DNA of 64,000 nucleotides from Vulcanimicrobiota bacterium (GCA_050250895.1 JBFWNU010000003.1:746109-810108), one strand, 5' to 3'. Numbered from the stretch's first letter, positions 29,142 through 38,370 are shown. The notes: a model not told the origin generated them from the letters alone. Numbers and translations are program-made.

Positions 29142-29798
29142 TCAACCCCCCGGGTCGTAGCGATCTTCGATGGAATTCTCGACCACGTCAACCCATTCCC
29201 ACTCCTCGTCCTCACCCACTTCTTCATCGGCGTCCACCAGCACCCAGGTCCACTCTTCCTCTTCTTCGCTCTGGCGGAACTCTCGCACATGCTCGGTGTG
29301 GACTGGCTCAGGATCCGAAACGACCGGGCTCCAGCGCGGATCGAGCCGGCGCAGATCGAGCAGAAAACTGGTGTCGAGGGCTTTGCCCTCGGGCTGGGGG
29401 ATTGGCTTGGGCAGGGGGGATTCGGCGTTGGGCCAGGGTCGGTCGCGAGTGTTGAAGTACTCTTCGAGTTCTTCTTCCAGGCCACGCTCCCGAGCGATCT
29501 CCGAGAGCCTCTTATACAGCTCGGTTTCGCTCTCGTTGCCACGACCGAAAGGCAATTGCTGCAAGCAGGGGATGAGGCACTCGTCGGGCAGGGCGTCGGC
29601 CGATTCGAGGGCCTCGGCCAGCTGATCCATCCCGGCCAGATTGAGGGCCAGGTACATTAGCGCCACCGGAGATTCTTCTTCGAACATCTCGAGGACTTCG
29701 ATGCAGAGTTGCTCTCCTTCGGCGAAGTGGCCGGGCAGATAGAGCGACTCGATGGTCTCCTCGAGGACCTCCAGGTCGTTGGGGCGCGCGTCAGTCAT
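29142..29798 (-). CDS. Hypothetical acidic protein with TPR-like N-terminus
   Basis: Helical N-terminal half; Glu/Trp-rich tail EEEWTWV...EEWEWV. Confidence 0.7.
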   Translation of the reverse strand: MTDARPNDLEVLEETIESLYLPGHFAEGEQLCIEVLEMFEEESPVALMYLALNLAGMDQLAEALESADALPDECLIPCLQQLPFGRGNESETELYKRLSEIARERGLEEELEEYFNTRDRPWPNAESPLPKPIPQPEGKALDTSFLLDLRRLDPRWSPVVSDPEPVHTEHVREFRQSEEEEEWTWVLVDADEEVGEDEEWEWVDVVENSIEDRYDPGG

Positions 29799-30435
29799 CT
29801 TCCCGCACCTGGGCGATCCATTGCTGGGCTCGAACCAGAAGCTTGGCGCCCTCGCGCACGGATGCCTCGCCCGTGTCGAGGAGATCCTCGGTGTCTCTGG
29901 TTACCCCCGTGCGAATGTCGGCAAGTCCCTTCTCGAGCCGATCAATGCCAGCGTAGAACAGTTCGAGCAGGCCGGGATTCACGTCGTCGAGACCCCGGTA
30001 AGACTCGGCCATGGACCGGAGGTTCATCGTGTTGCCTTCGACATAGCCCAGCTCCATCAAGAAGTGGTCGCGTCCCAGCACGGTCAAGCGATATTGCTGC
30101 AGCCGCTCGAGCAGACGTTGAAAATTTGGAGGAAGCAGATGCTGGGGCTGGGGTCGTCGCGGCCGGCCGGCGGAAAGCTCGCTGAGCGCCTCTTGAGTGG
30201 GTTCGGCCAGCTGCTCTACCGTCTGCAAGTCACCGGTCTCGAGGGCGTCATAGATAGCGTTGAGTAACTCGCTGGCTTCGAGAAGAAGGTGGCGTCTCTG
30301 GCTGTTCGAGTCTTCGTCGACGAGACGTTGGTAGGCCTTCTCTATTTTGGTCAGCCTGTCATCGAGATAGCCGGAGAGTTCTTCGATCGAGAGTGCCTCG
30401 TCTAGGTACTTCTGCACCATTACCAGGAATGACAC
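29791..30435 (-). CDS. Hypothetical helical protein (two related helical domains)
   Basis: ORF track; amphipathic helices; overlaps the start of the next gene. Confidence 0.7.
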   Translation of the reverse strand: MSFLVMVQKYLDEALSIEELSGYLDDRLTKIEKAYQRLVDEDSNSQRRHLLLEASELLNAIYDALETGDLQTVEQLAEPTQEALSELSAGRPRRPQPQHLLPPNFQRLLERLQQYRLTVLGRDHFLMELGYVEGNTMNLRSMAESYRGLDDVNPGLLELFYAGIDRLEKGLADIRTGVTRDTEDLLDTGEASVREGAKLLVRAQQWIAQVREDD

Positions 30436-30479
30436 GGTCCCGAGGGCTTCCCCCCGGGACCGATGATTCCTCTGTCAAC

Positions 30480-30839
30480 TCAGGCTGCGGCGTACTGGCT
30501 GAGCACGTCCTTATTGCGTGCGATCAGGTCTCGGGCCGCTTCTAGGACATCGTGAGCCTCTTCGGCCTGATAGACGCACTGGACCAGCTTTTGCTCGTCG
30601 GGGGTCTCGAGAAACTCGAGGATGCCCTCCAGGCTGCTGTAGTAGAGTTGCATCGCCTCGAGCGTCAACTCTTGAGCCTCGCGCACTCCGGAACTCTGGG
30701 TGGACGCGCATTGATGGCTGGCCTCCTCCAGGTCGCCCAGAAGTTCGTGAATGAACTCGGTCAGGGCTTCGTTGTCGGCCAGGGGGTGAAGGAGCAATCC
30801 TTCAACGATCTCTTCGATGATCAGCTTGCAGCTCTGCAT
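30480..30839 (-). CDS. Hypothetical helical-bundle protein
   Basis: TAATG translational coupling to the upstream gene; GGAGGTG RBS. Confidence 0.75.
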   Translation of the reverse strand: MQSCKLIIEEIVEGLLLHPLADNEALTEFIHELLGDLEEASHQCASTQSSGVREAQELTLEAMQLYYSSLEGILEFLETPDEQKLVQCVYQAEEAHDVLEAARDLIARNKDVLSQYAAA

Positions 30840-31825
30840 TAGTTTTCACCTCCTACAGTCTCGTTTTCGGCCGGGGCGACGCCGATGGGGGCGGGCCAGG
30901 GATCGATTTGGATGGGACCGGGGTTAGGACGCCAGGGGTCGAGATCCCAGGGGCGGGGCGGCTTGGGGAAGGGGAATTCGAACTGGCGCTGGTCTTCGTG
31001 GTGGTCAAAGTAGATAGGGCCGTTGGAGTCGTAACCGATGAGCACGCGAGTGTCGGTGCTGCCGTCGTCGTTAACGGTGGTCTTACTACTCTTGTCGGGG
31101 AACTGCAGCCCCATCGGTCCCTGCTTGAAGGTGGCGACCTCCTGGGTCGGACGACCTTCGGAATCGAGATCGTAGGTCTCGACGCGACGGTCCTGGAAGG
31201 GCGCGTCGGTCGACTGGCTGACCTTCGTGCCGTCCATATCGAGGGTGGTCTTGAATTGCGAGCCGAGGATTCCGCCACCCTGGCGCTCGACGTGGACCTT
31301 GTTGGGGTCGTTCTCGTTGTAGGTGACGGTCTTGACGCCGCCGTCCTTGCTGCGAGTGGTGACGGTGACTTCGCCGTCTTTGCCGCGCTCGATGGTCACC
31401 TCGTCGCCGTTGGATAGCTTGTGGGGGCCGGGGCCGTACTCTTTGAGTTGATCGGCGAGCCGAACGGCGCTGGCGCGCTCGCGGTAGGCTTCGTTCTGAA
31501 GGTCGCGGTAGCGGGTTTTGATGTCGCGAGCCTTGTCGTTGTCAAAGAAGTTGGGCTCGGTGGCTTCCCGCACCCGGCGGGCGGGGTCGGGGCGCAGGAT
31601 GCAGTCGAGACGGTCCAGGCGGCCGGCAGCGTCGCCGTCGAGGCGCTCCGAGACATCGAGCAGCCCGTTGTAGTCCTGTTGCTGAGCCTGGACTTGCTCG
31701 GGCGAGAGCTGTTCGAGGGGGGAGAGGGTCGCGCTTTCGACTCGGGCGTCCAGATTGCTGAGGCGGCTATCGCGCACCTGAGTGCTATCGGTGCGGGGTG
31801 TGAGAGTGAATCGAGCGGCGTCCAT
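30839..31825 (-). CDS. Hypothetical protein with beta-hairpin-like 'DG.V/T' repeats and Pro-rich tail
   Basis: AAGGAG RBS; TACAAT -10-like box upstream; host-like codon usage. Confidence 0.75.
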   Translation of the reverse strand: MDAARFTLTPRTDSTQVRDSRLSNLDARVESATLSPLEQLSPEQVQAQQQDYNGLLDVSERLDGDAAGRLDRLDCILRPDPARRVREATEPNFFDNDKARDIKTRYRDLQNEAYRERASAVRLADQLKEYGPGPHKLSNGDEVTIERGKDGEVTVTTRSKDGGVKTVTYNENDPNKVHVERQGGGILGSQFKTTLDMDGTKVSQSTDAPFQDRRVETYDLDSEGRPTQEVATFKQGPMGLQFPDKSSKTTVNDDGSTDTRVLIGYDSNGPIYFDHHEDQRQFEFPFPKPPRPWDLDPWRPNPGPIQIDPWPAPIGVAPAENETVGGEN

Positions 31826-32024
31826 CTTGGTTTCTCCTTCGTGTCTTTCGGGTGTGTCTTGATTGTAGCCAGGTCATGTTGCGACGATGTGTCTGGATTG
31901 TTACGCTTTTTCGGAGCCCTTCTGTAGTTGTTGTTTCTGGTGAAATATGCGCACTTTAAGGTGTTGCAATGTTGATGGGGAGACAGGTAGGGGAGGCCGG
32001 CTTCGGGTGAGAAAGGGGCCGTTT

Positions 32025-32825
32025 ATGCCGATTGCACCGACTCATTTTCAGTATTCTTTCGATTCCGACTCGGGCGTGGCCGTGGTGACCCTGAGCCGGC
32101 CAGACCGTCTCAATGCTCTGACTTTCGAGGTCTATCGAGAGTTGCGTGAGGTCTTCGACGCTCTCGACACCGAGCCGGGCGTGCGGGTCATCATCCTGAC
32201 TGGCGAAGGTCGCGGCTTTTGCTCCGGGGGCGACGTCGAGTCGATCATCGGAGAACTCTTTGCCCGGGATTTTCGCGGCTTGCTGGATTTCACTCGCGAC
32301 ACAGGGGCCCTGATCATCTCGATGCTGCGCTGCCGAAGACCCATCATCGGCGCTCTCAACGGCCTGGCCGCGGGCGCGGGGGCGGTGATCGCCTCGGCCT
32401 GCGACATTCGCATCGCTTCCGAGAAGGCAAAGATCGCCTTTCTGTTCAGTCGAGTGGGATTGTCGGGCGCCGACATGGGAGCCTCCTGGTTGTTGCCCCG
32501 CTTGATCGGGCAGGGACGGGCCCTCGAGTTGTTGATGACCGGCGACTTTCTCGACGCGCTCGAGGCTGAACGAATCGGTCTCTACAATCGGGTGGTAGAG
32601 CCAGAAAAAGTGATGGAAACGGCGATGGAATGGGCACGTAAGCTGTCGAAAGGTCCCAGCTTCGCCCTCGAGATCACCAAGAAGATGGTGCTGCGCGAGG
32701 CGGCCATGGATCTCGAGACGGCCATGGCCTATGAAACCGACATTCAAGCGGCTCTGATGCTGCATCCTGACTTTCGCGAGTCCTACGACGCCTTCGTGGC
32801 CAAGCGCGAGCCGGAGTTTCTGTGA
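32025..32825 (+). CDS. Enoyl-CoA hydratase/isomerase family protein
   Basis: LSRPDRLNAL, FCSGGDV, GLAAGAG, CDIRIA, GLSGADMG. Confidence 0.92.
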   Translation: MPIAPTHFQYSFDSDSGVAVVTLSRPDRLNALTFEVYRELREVFDALDTEPGVRVIILTGEGRGFCSGGDVESIIGELFARDFRGLLDFTRDTGALIISMLRCRRPIIGALNGLAAGAGAVIASACDIRIASEKAKIAFLFSRVGLSGADMGASWLLPRLIGQGRALELLMTGDFLDALEAERIGLYNRVVEPEKVMETAMEWARKLSKGPSFALEITKKMVLREAAMDLETAMAYETDIQAALMLHPDFRESYDAFVAKREPEFL

Positions 32826-33958
32826 GGGTCGAAACCGCGCCCGTTCGGGCTTTTCTAGAGCCTCACCATCACCAGCTGGCGGATCGGCTCGAGCAGTTTG
32901 CCGCGGCTCAATCCGACCTGCCCAACCTTCATGACGACGAACAAGCCCGAGTTCAGGCTCGAGTCTGGCTCGAGCGACTGGGGCAGGCCGACCTTATCGC
33001 TTACGGTGTGGGGACTCCCGACATGCGGGCCGTCTGCCTCATCCGCGAGGTGCTGGCCGCCACTTCGACGCTGGCGGATTCGGTCTATGCTTTACAGTGT
33101 TTGGGCTCGCTGCCGATCATGCTGGCCGGCAGCGCCGAACAGAAGGAGTTGCTGAACGCGGTGCGCGCCGGCCAGACTATGGCTGCCTTCGCGATGACCG
33201 AGGCCGAGGCCGGTTCAGACGTGGTCTCGATGAAGACCTCGGCCCGTCCTGAAGGGCACGGTTTCGTGCTCGAAGGCGAGAAGTGTTTTATCACCAATGC
33301 CGGTCTGGCCGACTTCTACACCGTCTTTGCCAAGACCGACGCCATGGCCGGCCACCGCGGCTTGTCTTGTTTTCTGGTGAAGGCCGACAATCCGGGGTTA
33401 CGCTTTGTGGGGCCCCAGGTCATGAGCGCGCCCCATCCCCTGGGTCGGATCGCCTTCGAGCAGTGCCGGGTGCCCAGAGAAGCCCTCGTTGGCGAGCTGG
33501 GTCAGGGCTTCAAGCTCGGTATGATGACCCTGGACTATATGCGTTCGACGGTCGGAGCGGCCGCCTGCGGCATGGCCGCCCGAGCCCTGGCCGAGGCTAC
33601 CCAGCACGTGAGGGCGCGCCGCCAGTTCGGTAAGGCGCTGGTCGAATTTCAGCTGGTTCAACACCGTCTGGCCGGCATGGCCATCGAACTCGACGCCTCG
33701 CGACTGCTGGTCTATCGAGCCGTGTGGGAAAAGGACGCTGGGGCTGCGCGGGTCACTCTCGAATCGGCTATGGCCAAAGCATTTGCCTGCGAGGCGGCCC
33801 AGAGGGTGGTGGACGCGGCCATTCAACTCCACGGCGGCGCGGGCGTCATGCGCGACAGCGTCGTGGACCATCTTTATCGCTCGGTTCGGGCCCTGCGGAT
33901 CTATGAAGGGGCCACCGATATCCAGCACCTGGTCATCGCCCGCGAGTTGGTTAAATAG
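32822..33958 (+). CDS. Acyl-CoA dehydrogenase
   Basis: AFAMTEAEAGSD, GEKCFITNA, RRQFGK, IQLHGGAG, RIYEGATDIQ. Confidence 0.93.
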   Translation: MRVETAPVRAFLEPHHHQLADRLEQFAAAQSDLPNLHDDEQARVQARVWLERLGQADLIAYGVGTPDMRAVCLIREVLAATSTLADSVYALQCLGSLPIMLAGSAEQKELLNAVRAGQTMAAFAMTEAEAGSDVVSMKTSARPEGHGFVLEGEKCFITNAGLADFYTVFAKTDAMAGHRGLSCFLVKADNPGLRFVGPQVMSAPHPLGRIAFEQCRVPREALVGELGQGFKLGMMTLDYMRSTVGAAACGMAARALAEATQHVRARRQFGKALVEFQLVQHRLAGMAIELDASRLLVYRAVWEKDAGAARVTLESAMAKAFACEAAQRVVDAAIQLHGGAGVMRDSVVDHLYRSVRALRIYEGATDIQHLVIARELVK

Positions 33959-34009
33959 CGAATGATGTGGATCATTGGAGCAAGGCGCCCAACCCGCTAA
34001 ACTTGGGCT

Positions 34010-34393
34010 ATGAAATGGCATGTATTTGAAGTGATGCATCGGGGCGCATTTTGCGCCCAGCCCGACAACTCTCTAGCCGAACTCGTTCAAGAGCTCAAAG
34101 CTCGCAAGATCTCGGCCGCGCCGGTGGTCGACCGAGAAGAAAAGCTGGTAGGGGTCATCTCCTTGCGCGACGTGGCCCTGGCCAGGCCCGAGCAGTTGGT
34201 CAAGGAGGTGATGAGTACTCCCGCTATCACCGTCGATCAGGCGGCCACCATGCCGACGGTCTTGAAGTTATTCGAAAAACACAAGGTGCATCGCCTGGTG
34301 GTCACCCATCAGGACCGTGTGCTCGGAGTGCTCTCACTGGTCGACCTGCTGGGTCCGCTGGCCGAGGCATATGTTTATCCAAACTTCAGCTAG
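34010..34393 (+). CDS. CBS-domain pair protein
   Basis: ISAAPVVD...LVGVIS; VHRLVVT...LGVLS. Confidence 0.88.
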   Translation: MKWHVFEVMHRGAFCAQPDNSLAELVQELKARKISAAPVVDREEKLVGVISLRDVALARPEQLVKEVMSTPAITVDQAATMPTVLKLFEKHKVHRLVVTHQDRVLGVLSLVDLLGPLAEAYVYPNFS

Positions 34394-34430
34394 TGGGGGA
34401 GCGACCGCGTCGTCTGTAGAACCGTTCCAG

Positions 34431-34550
34431 ATGACACAAGACGCTCACTCTGATAAAAAGAAGGGCTGCTGCGGTTGCCCATGCTGCAGCCTCCTGGTGG
34501 TCGGATTCTTTTCCACTCTCGGCTTTCTGCTCTATCAGTTCCTGTTCTAA
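34431..34550 (+). CDS. 39-aa Cys-rich single-TM membrane peptide
   Basis: MTQDAHSDKKKGCCGCPCCSLLVVGFFSTLGFLLYQFLF; ends 3 nt before the next ATG. Confidence 0.55.
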   Translation: MTQDAHSDKKKGCCGCPCCSLLVVGFFSTLGFLLYQFLF

Positions 34551-34553
34551 ATC

Positions 34554-35678
34554 ATGCGCATCACCATTTTGGGCGGAGGCCCGGCCGGTCTCTATTTCGC
34601 TATTCTGATGAAGCGCCTCGACCCGAGCAACCAGGTGAGGGTCTTCGAGCGAAACCCCAGAGGGAGCACCTTCGGTTGGGGGGTGGTTTTCTCCAGTCAG
34701 ACCTTGACTTCGCTGGCCCAGGCCGACCCTGCCAGTCACGCTGCTATCACTGCCAGTTTCCAGCTCTGGGACAACGTCGATGTCGTTCATCGAGGACAGA
34801 AGGTGACGATTCGGGGCAATCGATTCGCCGGCATTGCTCGACTGGCTTTGCTCGAGATTCTGGTCGAGCGCTGCTACGAACTGGGGGTTGAACTCGAGTT
34901 TGGCCACGAGGTAATCGAAATCCCCGACCTGGCCGAGACCGACTTGCTGGTCGGTGCCGACGGTGTCAACAGTCGCACTCGCGAAGTCTTCGCCGACACC
35001 TTCAAGCCCCAGGTCGAGCAAGCCGCCAACCACTACATCTGGCTGGGAACACGGCGCCTTTTCGATGGCCTCACCCTGACCTTCCGCGAGACCGTCAACG
35101 GGCTCTACATCGCCCACTCCTACAAGTTCAGCCCCGAGCTGAGCACCTTCATCGTCGAATGCGACCCCGACAGTTTCGCGCGGGCCGGTTTTGAAGATTT
35201 GGACGAACAGGGCACGCTACGCGCCCTGGAGGCAGTGTTTGCCGAGGATCTCGAGGGGCACCCTTTGTTGTCCAACCACGCCCGCTGGATTCGATTTGTC
35301 AACGTGCGCAATCATAACTGGTATCACCCCAAGGTCGTGCTGTTGGGCGACGCTCTGCATACCGCTCACTTTTCCATCGGGTCGGGGACGAAACTGGCCC
35401 TCGAGGATTCGATTGCCCTGGCCGAATGCTTTGGCCAGAACGGCTCGGTGAGCGAGGCTTTGCAGGACTTTGCCACCCAGCGCAAGCCCTATGTCGACGC
35501 CTATCAAGAGATCGCCAACGAGAGTCGCGAGTGGTTCGAGACCGCTGGCGAGCGCACCCATCTTCAGCCCATCCCGATGGCATTTGCGACCATGACTCGA
35601 AACGCCAAAGTGGATCTCGAGAACCTGCGCCAACGCGACCCGGAGTTCGTGGAACGTTACCTGGCCACGGTCTCTTGA
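34554..35678 (+). CDS. FAD-dependent monooxygenase (N-terminal-domain homologue of anthraniloyl-/salicylyl-CoA hydroxylases)
   Basis: GGGPAGLYF, TFGWGVVFS, GADGVNS, GDALHTAHFSIGSGTKLALED. Confidence 0.88.
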   Translation: MRITILGGGPAGLYFAILMKRLDPSNQVRVFERNPRGSTFGWGVVFSSQTLTSLAQADPASHAAITASFQLWDNVDVVHRGQKVTIRGNRFAGIARLALLEILVERCYELGVELEFGHEVIEIPDLAETDLLVGADGVNSRTREVFADTFKPQVEQAANHYIWLGTRRLFDGLTLTFRETVNGLYIAHSYKFSPELSTFIVECDPDSFARAGFEDLDEQGTLRALEAVFAEDLEGHPLLSNHARWIRFVNVRNHNWYHPKVVLLGDALHTAHFSIGSGTKLALEDSIALAECFGQNGSVSEALQDFATQRKPYVDAYQEIANESREWFETAGERTHLQPIPMAFATMTRNAKVDLENLRQRDPEFVERYLATVS

Positions 35679-36598
35679 AGCTCGACCTGGACGATATCGA
35701 GGCTGCCAGGGTTGCGCTTCCCGACAGCGTCGTCTTGACCCCGGTGCTCCACGGGCCTCTGGGCATCTGGTGCAAGTGCGAGAACCTTCAGCGCACCGGC
35801 GCCTATAAGATTCGGGCGGCCTATACGGCGCTTCAACGTCTGACAGCCGAGCAGAGAAGAGCCGGGGTGGCTCTTAGTTCTTCGGGGAACTTCGCTCGGG
35901 CCATGGCCACGGCGGCCCGCGACCTGGAGCTGCAGGCGACCCTGGTGATGATGGAGAGTACCGACCCCTACAAGGTCGAATGGACCCGGTCGATGGGTGG
36001 CCGGATCGTGTTCTGCGAAGACCGCTACGAGGCGCGCTACGAGACCCTGGCCGAGTTGGCTCAGCAGGGCCTGACCGTGATCGACCACCGCGACCATCCG
36101 GATGTCATCGCCGGCCACGCCACCATCGGGCTGGAACTGCTCGACCAGTGTCCGCGCATGACCGAAGTGGTGATTCCGGCCAGCACCGGGGGATTGTTGG
36201 CCGGAGTGGCCCTGGCCGTCAAATCGCTGCGACCCGACGTGAAGGTCTATGGCGTCCAGCCGTCGGGCTCGCGGGCCTGTGTCGAGTCTTTTCGGCTGGG
36301 CCAAATGGTCTGTGTGCAGACCGATACCATCTGCGACGCGCTCACGGCCAGTTCGCCGGGACGGTTGCCTTTCGAGCTGATGCAGCGCTGGGTCGACGAC
36401 GTGATCGAGGTCTCGGAAGAGGCGGTTCGACTGGCCGTCAAGACCTTTGCCACCGAAGCCAAATTGGTGGTGGAGCCCGGGGGCGCCGTCGGCCTGGCCG
36501 CCCTGCTCGAACGGCGCCTGCCAACCCGGCCGGGAACGGTGCTGCTGGTGAGCGGTGGCAATATCTCGCCCGAGCGGTTGGCCGAGATTTTAGCGTAG
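35675..36598 (+). CDS. PLP-dependent threonine/serine dehydratase family protein
   Basis: KCENLQRTGAYKIR, SSGN, GGLLAG, EPGGA, SGGNI; TTGA overlap start. Confidence 0.9.
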   Translation: MKLDLDDIEAARVALPDSVVLTPVLHGPLGIWCKCENLQRTGAYKIRAAYTALQRLTAEQRRAGVALSSSGNFARAMATAARDLELQATLVMMESTDPYKVEWTRSMGGRIVFCEDRYEARYETLAELAQQGLTVIDHRDHPDVIAGHATIGLELLDQCPRMTEVVIPASTGGLLAGVALAVKSLRPDVKVYGVQPSGSRACVESFRLGQMVCVQTDTICDALTASSPGRLPFELMQRWVDDVIEVSEEAVRLAVKTFATEAKLVVEPGGAVGLAALLERRLPTRPGTVLLVSGGNISPERLAEILA

Positions 36599-36973
36599 CA
36601 GGTTGGTGACCTGCTCGATGATGTCGGCTGAGTCGGGCCGGATTAACGCCAGGATCGAGGCGTGGCGGATGATCAAGAATTGGTGGTTCTGATACTGGAT
36701 CTCGACCGCCTCGTTGCGGACGAAAAAGGCGAAGTCGCCCGCCTGAGCCTGCATCGGCAAGTAGCGCACGGCTTCGTCGGGCTTGCTCCACGGTTCGTCA
36801 GAATACTCGGGATTGGCCATCAGGTAGCCCGGACCCACCCGCACCACCCGGCCGCCGCGAACCTGTTCTTTCTCGGTGACCGTGGCCGGCAGCACCAGGC
36901 CAGACTGCGTCTTTTGCTCGCCGTCGGCGGGGTCGATGAGGACCCGATCTCCGACTAGTATTAACTCACCCAT
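36590..36973 (-). CDS. groES: Co-chaperonin GroES family protein (stand-alone)
   Basis: GDRVLI...KTQSGLVLP...GRVVRVGPG...GD; start trimmed to ATG 36973. Confidence 0.82.
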   Translation of the reverse strand: MGELILVGDRVLIDPADGEQKTQSGLVLPATVTEKEQVRGGRVVRVGPGYLMANPEYSDEPWSKPDEAVRYLPMQAQAGDFAFFVRNEAVEIQYQNHQFLIIRHASILALIRPDSADIIEQVTNLLR

Positions 36974-37017
36974 GGGCGGGCCGATTCGTGTTCTGGGCAC
37001 GGTGGACCTGTGCCCAC

Positions 37018-37046
37018 AAAAAAACGGCGGTCTTACGACCGCCGTT
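37018..37046 (-). terminator. Rho-independent terminator
   Basis: Minus strand AACGGCGGTC-GTAA-GACCGCCGTT-TTTTT (10-bp stem, GNRA loop). Confidence 0.85.
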
Positions 37047-37062
37047 CACGCGCCGGGGTAAT

Positions 37063-37236
37063 CTAGAGCTCGATTTCCACGAGATCCGGGTCGCGGGTGA
37101 CCATCTCGATGGCTTCATCAACGATGAGGTTATGTTTCCCACTAGCGTGGATGGGATGGTCGTTGGCGACGGCGTGCCAGAGCGCATCTTCAAACTCGGC
37201 GATGCCGAAGACTTCACAATATTCCCGGAGAGTCAA
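37063..37236 (-). CDS. 57-aa acidic small protein missed by the ORF track
   Basis: MTLREYCEVFGIAEFEDALWHAVANDHPIHASGKHNLIVDEAIEMVTRDPDLVEIEL; AAGGGGG RBS, TTG start; flanked by a promoter and a terminator. Confidence 0.7.
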   Translation of the reverse strand: MTLREYCEVFGIAEFEDALWHAVANDHPIHASGKHNLIVDEAIEMVTRDPDLVEIEL

Positions 37237-37398
37237 CCCAATTACCCCCTTTTCTGCCCCGTCCCCGAGTCCGGACCCAAACCTTGGCGTGGTTTGGGCC
37301 TGAACACGGGTGAGGGCTCTTTCCCAATCTACTTTGGCGAGAACCGCTTCGTCCTCGCACGTCCCTGGGGGCGTATTCCAGTTCGACGTGTCTACTAG

Positions 37399-37427
37399 AG
37401 ACTAACAGTAATGCTGTCGGCTGGCAA
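37399..37427 (-). promoter_or_regulatory. Sigma70-type promoter for the 57-aa gene
   Basis: TTGCCA-N17-TAGTCT with extended -10 TG. Confidence 0.7.
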
Positions 37428-37575
37428 TGGTATGGATCTACTAGTCGAGTTAAACTGGCAGACGTCTTTTTGGAAGCTCTTCGGTTGTTTTGCTTTTTTG
37501 TTAAGGGATCTTTGAATGCAGTCTGTCTTCTGTGTCAGTTTGGCAGTGTTGGTGGGAACAGTTATATTGCAACTG

Positions 37576-38370
37576 TTATTTCTGGTAGAATTCTCCCAAC
37601 CTGGCCAGATAGCCGACCTCGTCCATGAAGCCGGCGTTGCGAACGATGCGGGTCGGCCGGGCCAGGGGGCTCCCTTTGGTGACCAGCGTGGTGAAGCAAT
37701 CGATGAGCCTTTTTGCTCCCCAGTTCACGAGTTCCTGAGAAGTGCAAACCAGCTCGGCCGCCTCGGCCATCGCTCGAAATTTTGCGGCCGTCACGGTGGG
37801 TGCTCGCCACTGACTGAGATCGATGAGCCCAAGCCGATTGAGGCGCACACGGGTGGGCTCGGGCACAAGGCCGGTCAGGGTGAAGTAGAAGTCGTACTCA
37901 CCCAGGTTGGAATGGTGCAAGAAGGCTCCGCCGCCCGGTCGCAGCACCCGAGCGATCTCGTGGAGATAGGCTTCACAAACATCAGCTTCGGCCAACACCA
38001 GGCTTTCGAACGAGAACACGAAGTCGACCGAGCCGTTCTCGATGCTGGGCAAACTGCGGCCATCCGTGAGTTCAAAGCGCAAATGGGGTTGGTCGGCGAA
38101 ACGCTCCCGGCAGGCCTCGACACATTTGTCGACCAGATCGAAGCCCACCAGGCTCTGGCACGAGCGGGCTAGATGATGGGCAAAACGGCCGAAGCCCGAA
38201 CCGATCTCGACGATGCGCTCGGCGGGCAGAAACTGGCGCAGGCGGGGATAGATGCAGGCCTGCCACTGAAAGGCCGAACCCCCTTCACCCCAGCCTTTGG
38301 ACCATTCTTCGCCGCCTCGACTCCAATCGTAGGACTGCCAGAACGATCGGTTCTCCTCCAGGCTTGCCAT
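37576..38370 (-). CDS. Class I SAM-dependent methyltransferase
   Basis: VEIGSGFGR, GFDL, SVDFVFS, EIARVLRPGG; start trimmed to ATG 38370. Confidence 0.88.
   Translation of the reverse strand: MASLEENRSFWQSYDWSRGGEEWSKGWGEGGSAFQWQACIYPRLRQFLPAERIVEIGSGFGRFAHHLARSCQSLVGFDLVDKCVEACRERFADQPHLRFELTDGRSLPSIENGSVDFVFSFESLVLAEADVCEAYLHEIARVLRPGGGAFLHHSNLGEYDFYFTLTGLVPEPTRVRLNRLGLIDLSQWRAPTVTAAKFRAMAEAAELVCTSQELVNWGAKRLIDCFTTLVTKGSPLARPTRIVRNAGFMDEVGYLARLGEFYQK

Noticed and set aside
36988-37398. Plus-strand 136-aa ORF and 37516-38172 ORF from the track
   Set aside because: Antisense shadows; promoter, RBS and terminator all point to minus-strand genes
37018-37400. tmRNA or RNase P RNA (right size, contains an 'AND' tripeptide)
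   Set aside because: No tRNA-Ala-like ends, no ALAA-type tag ending, no GAGGAAAGUCC RNase P motif
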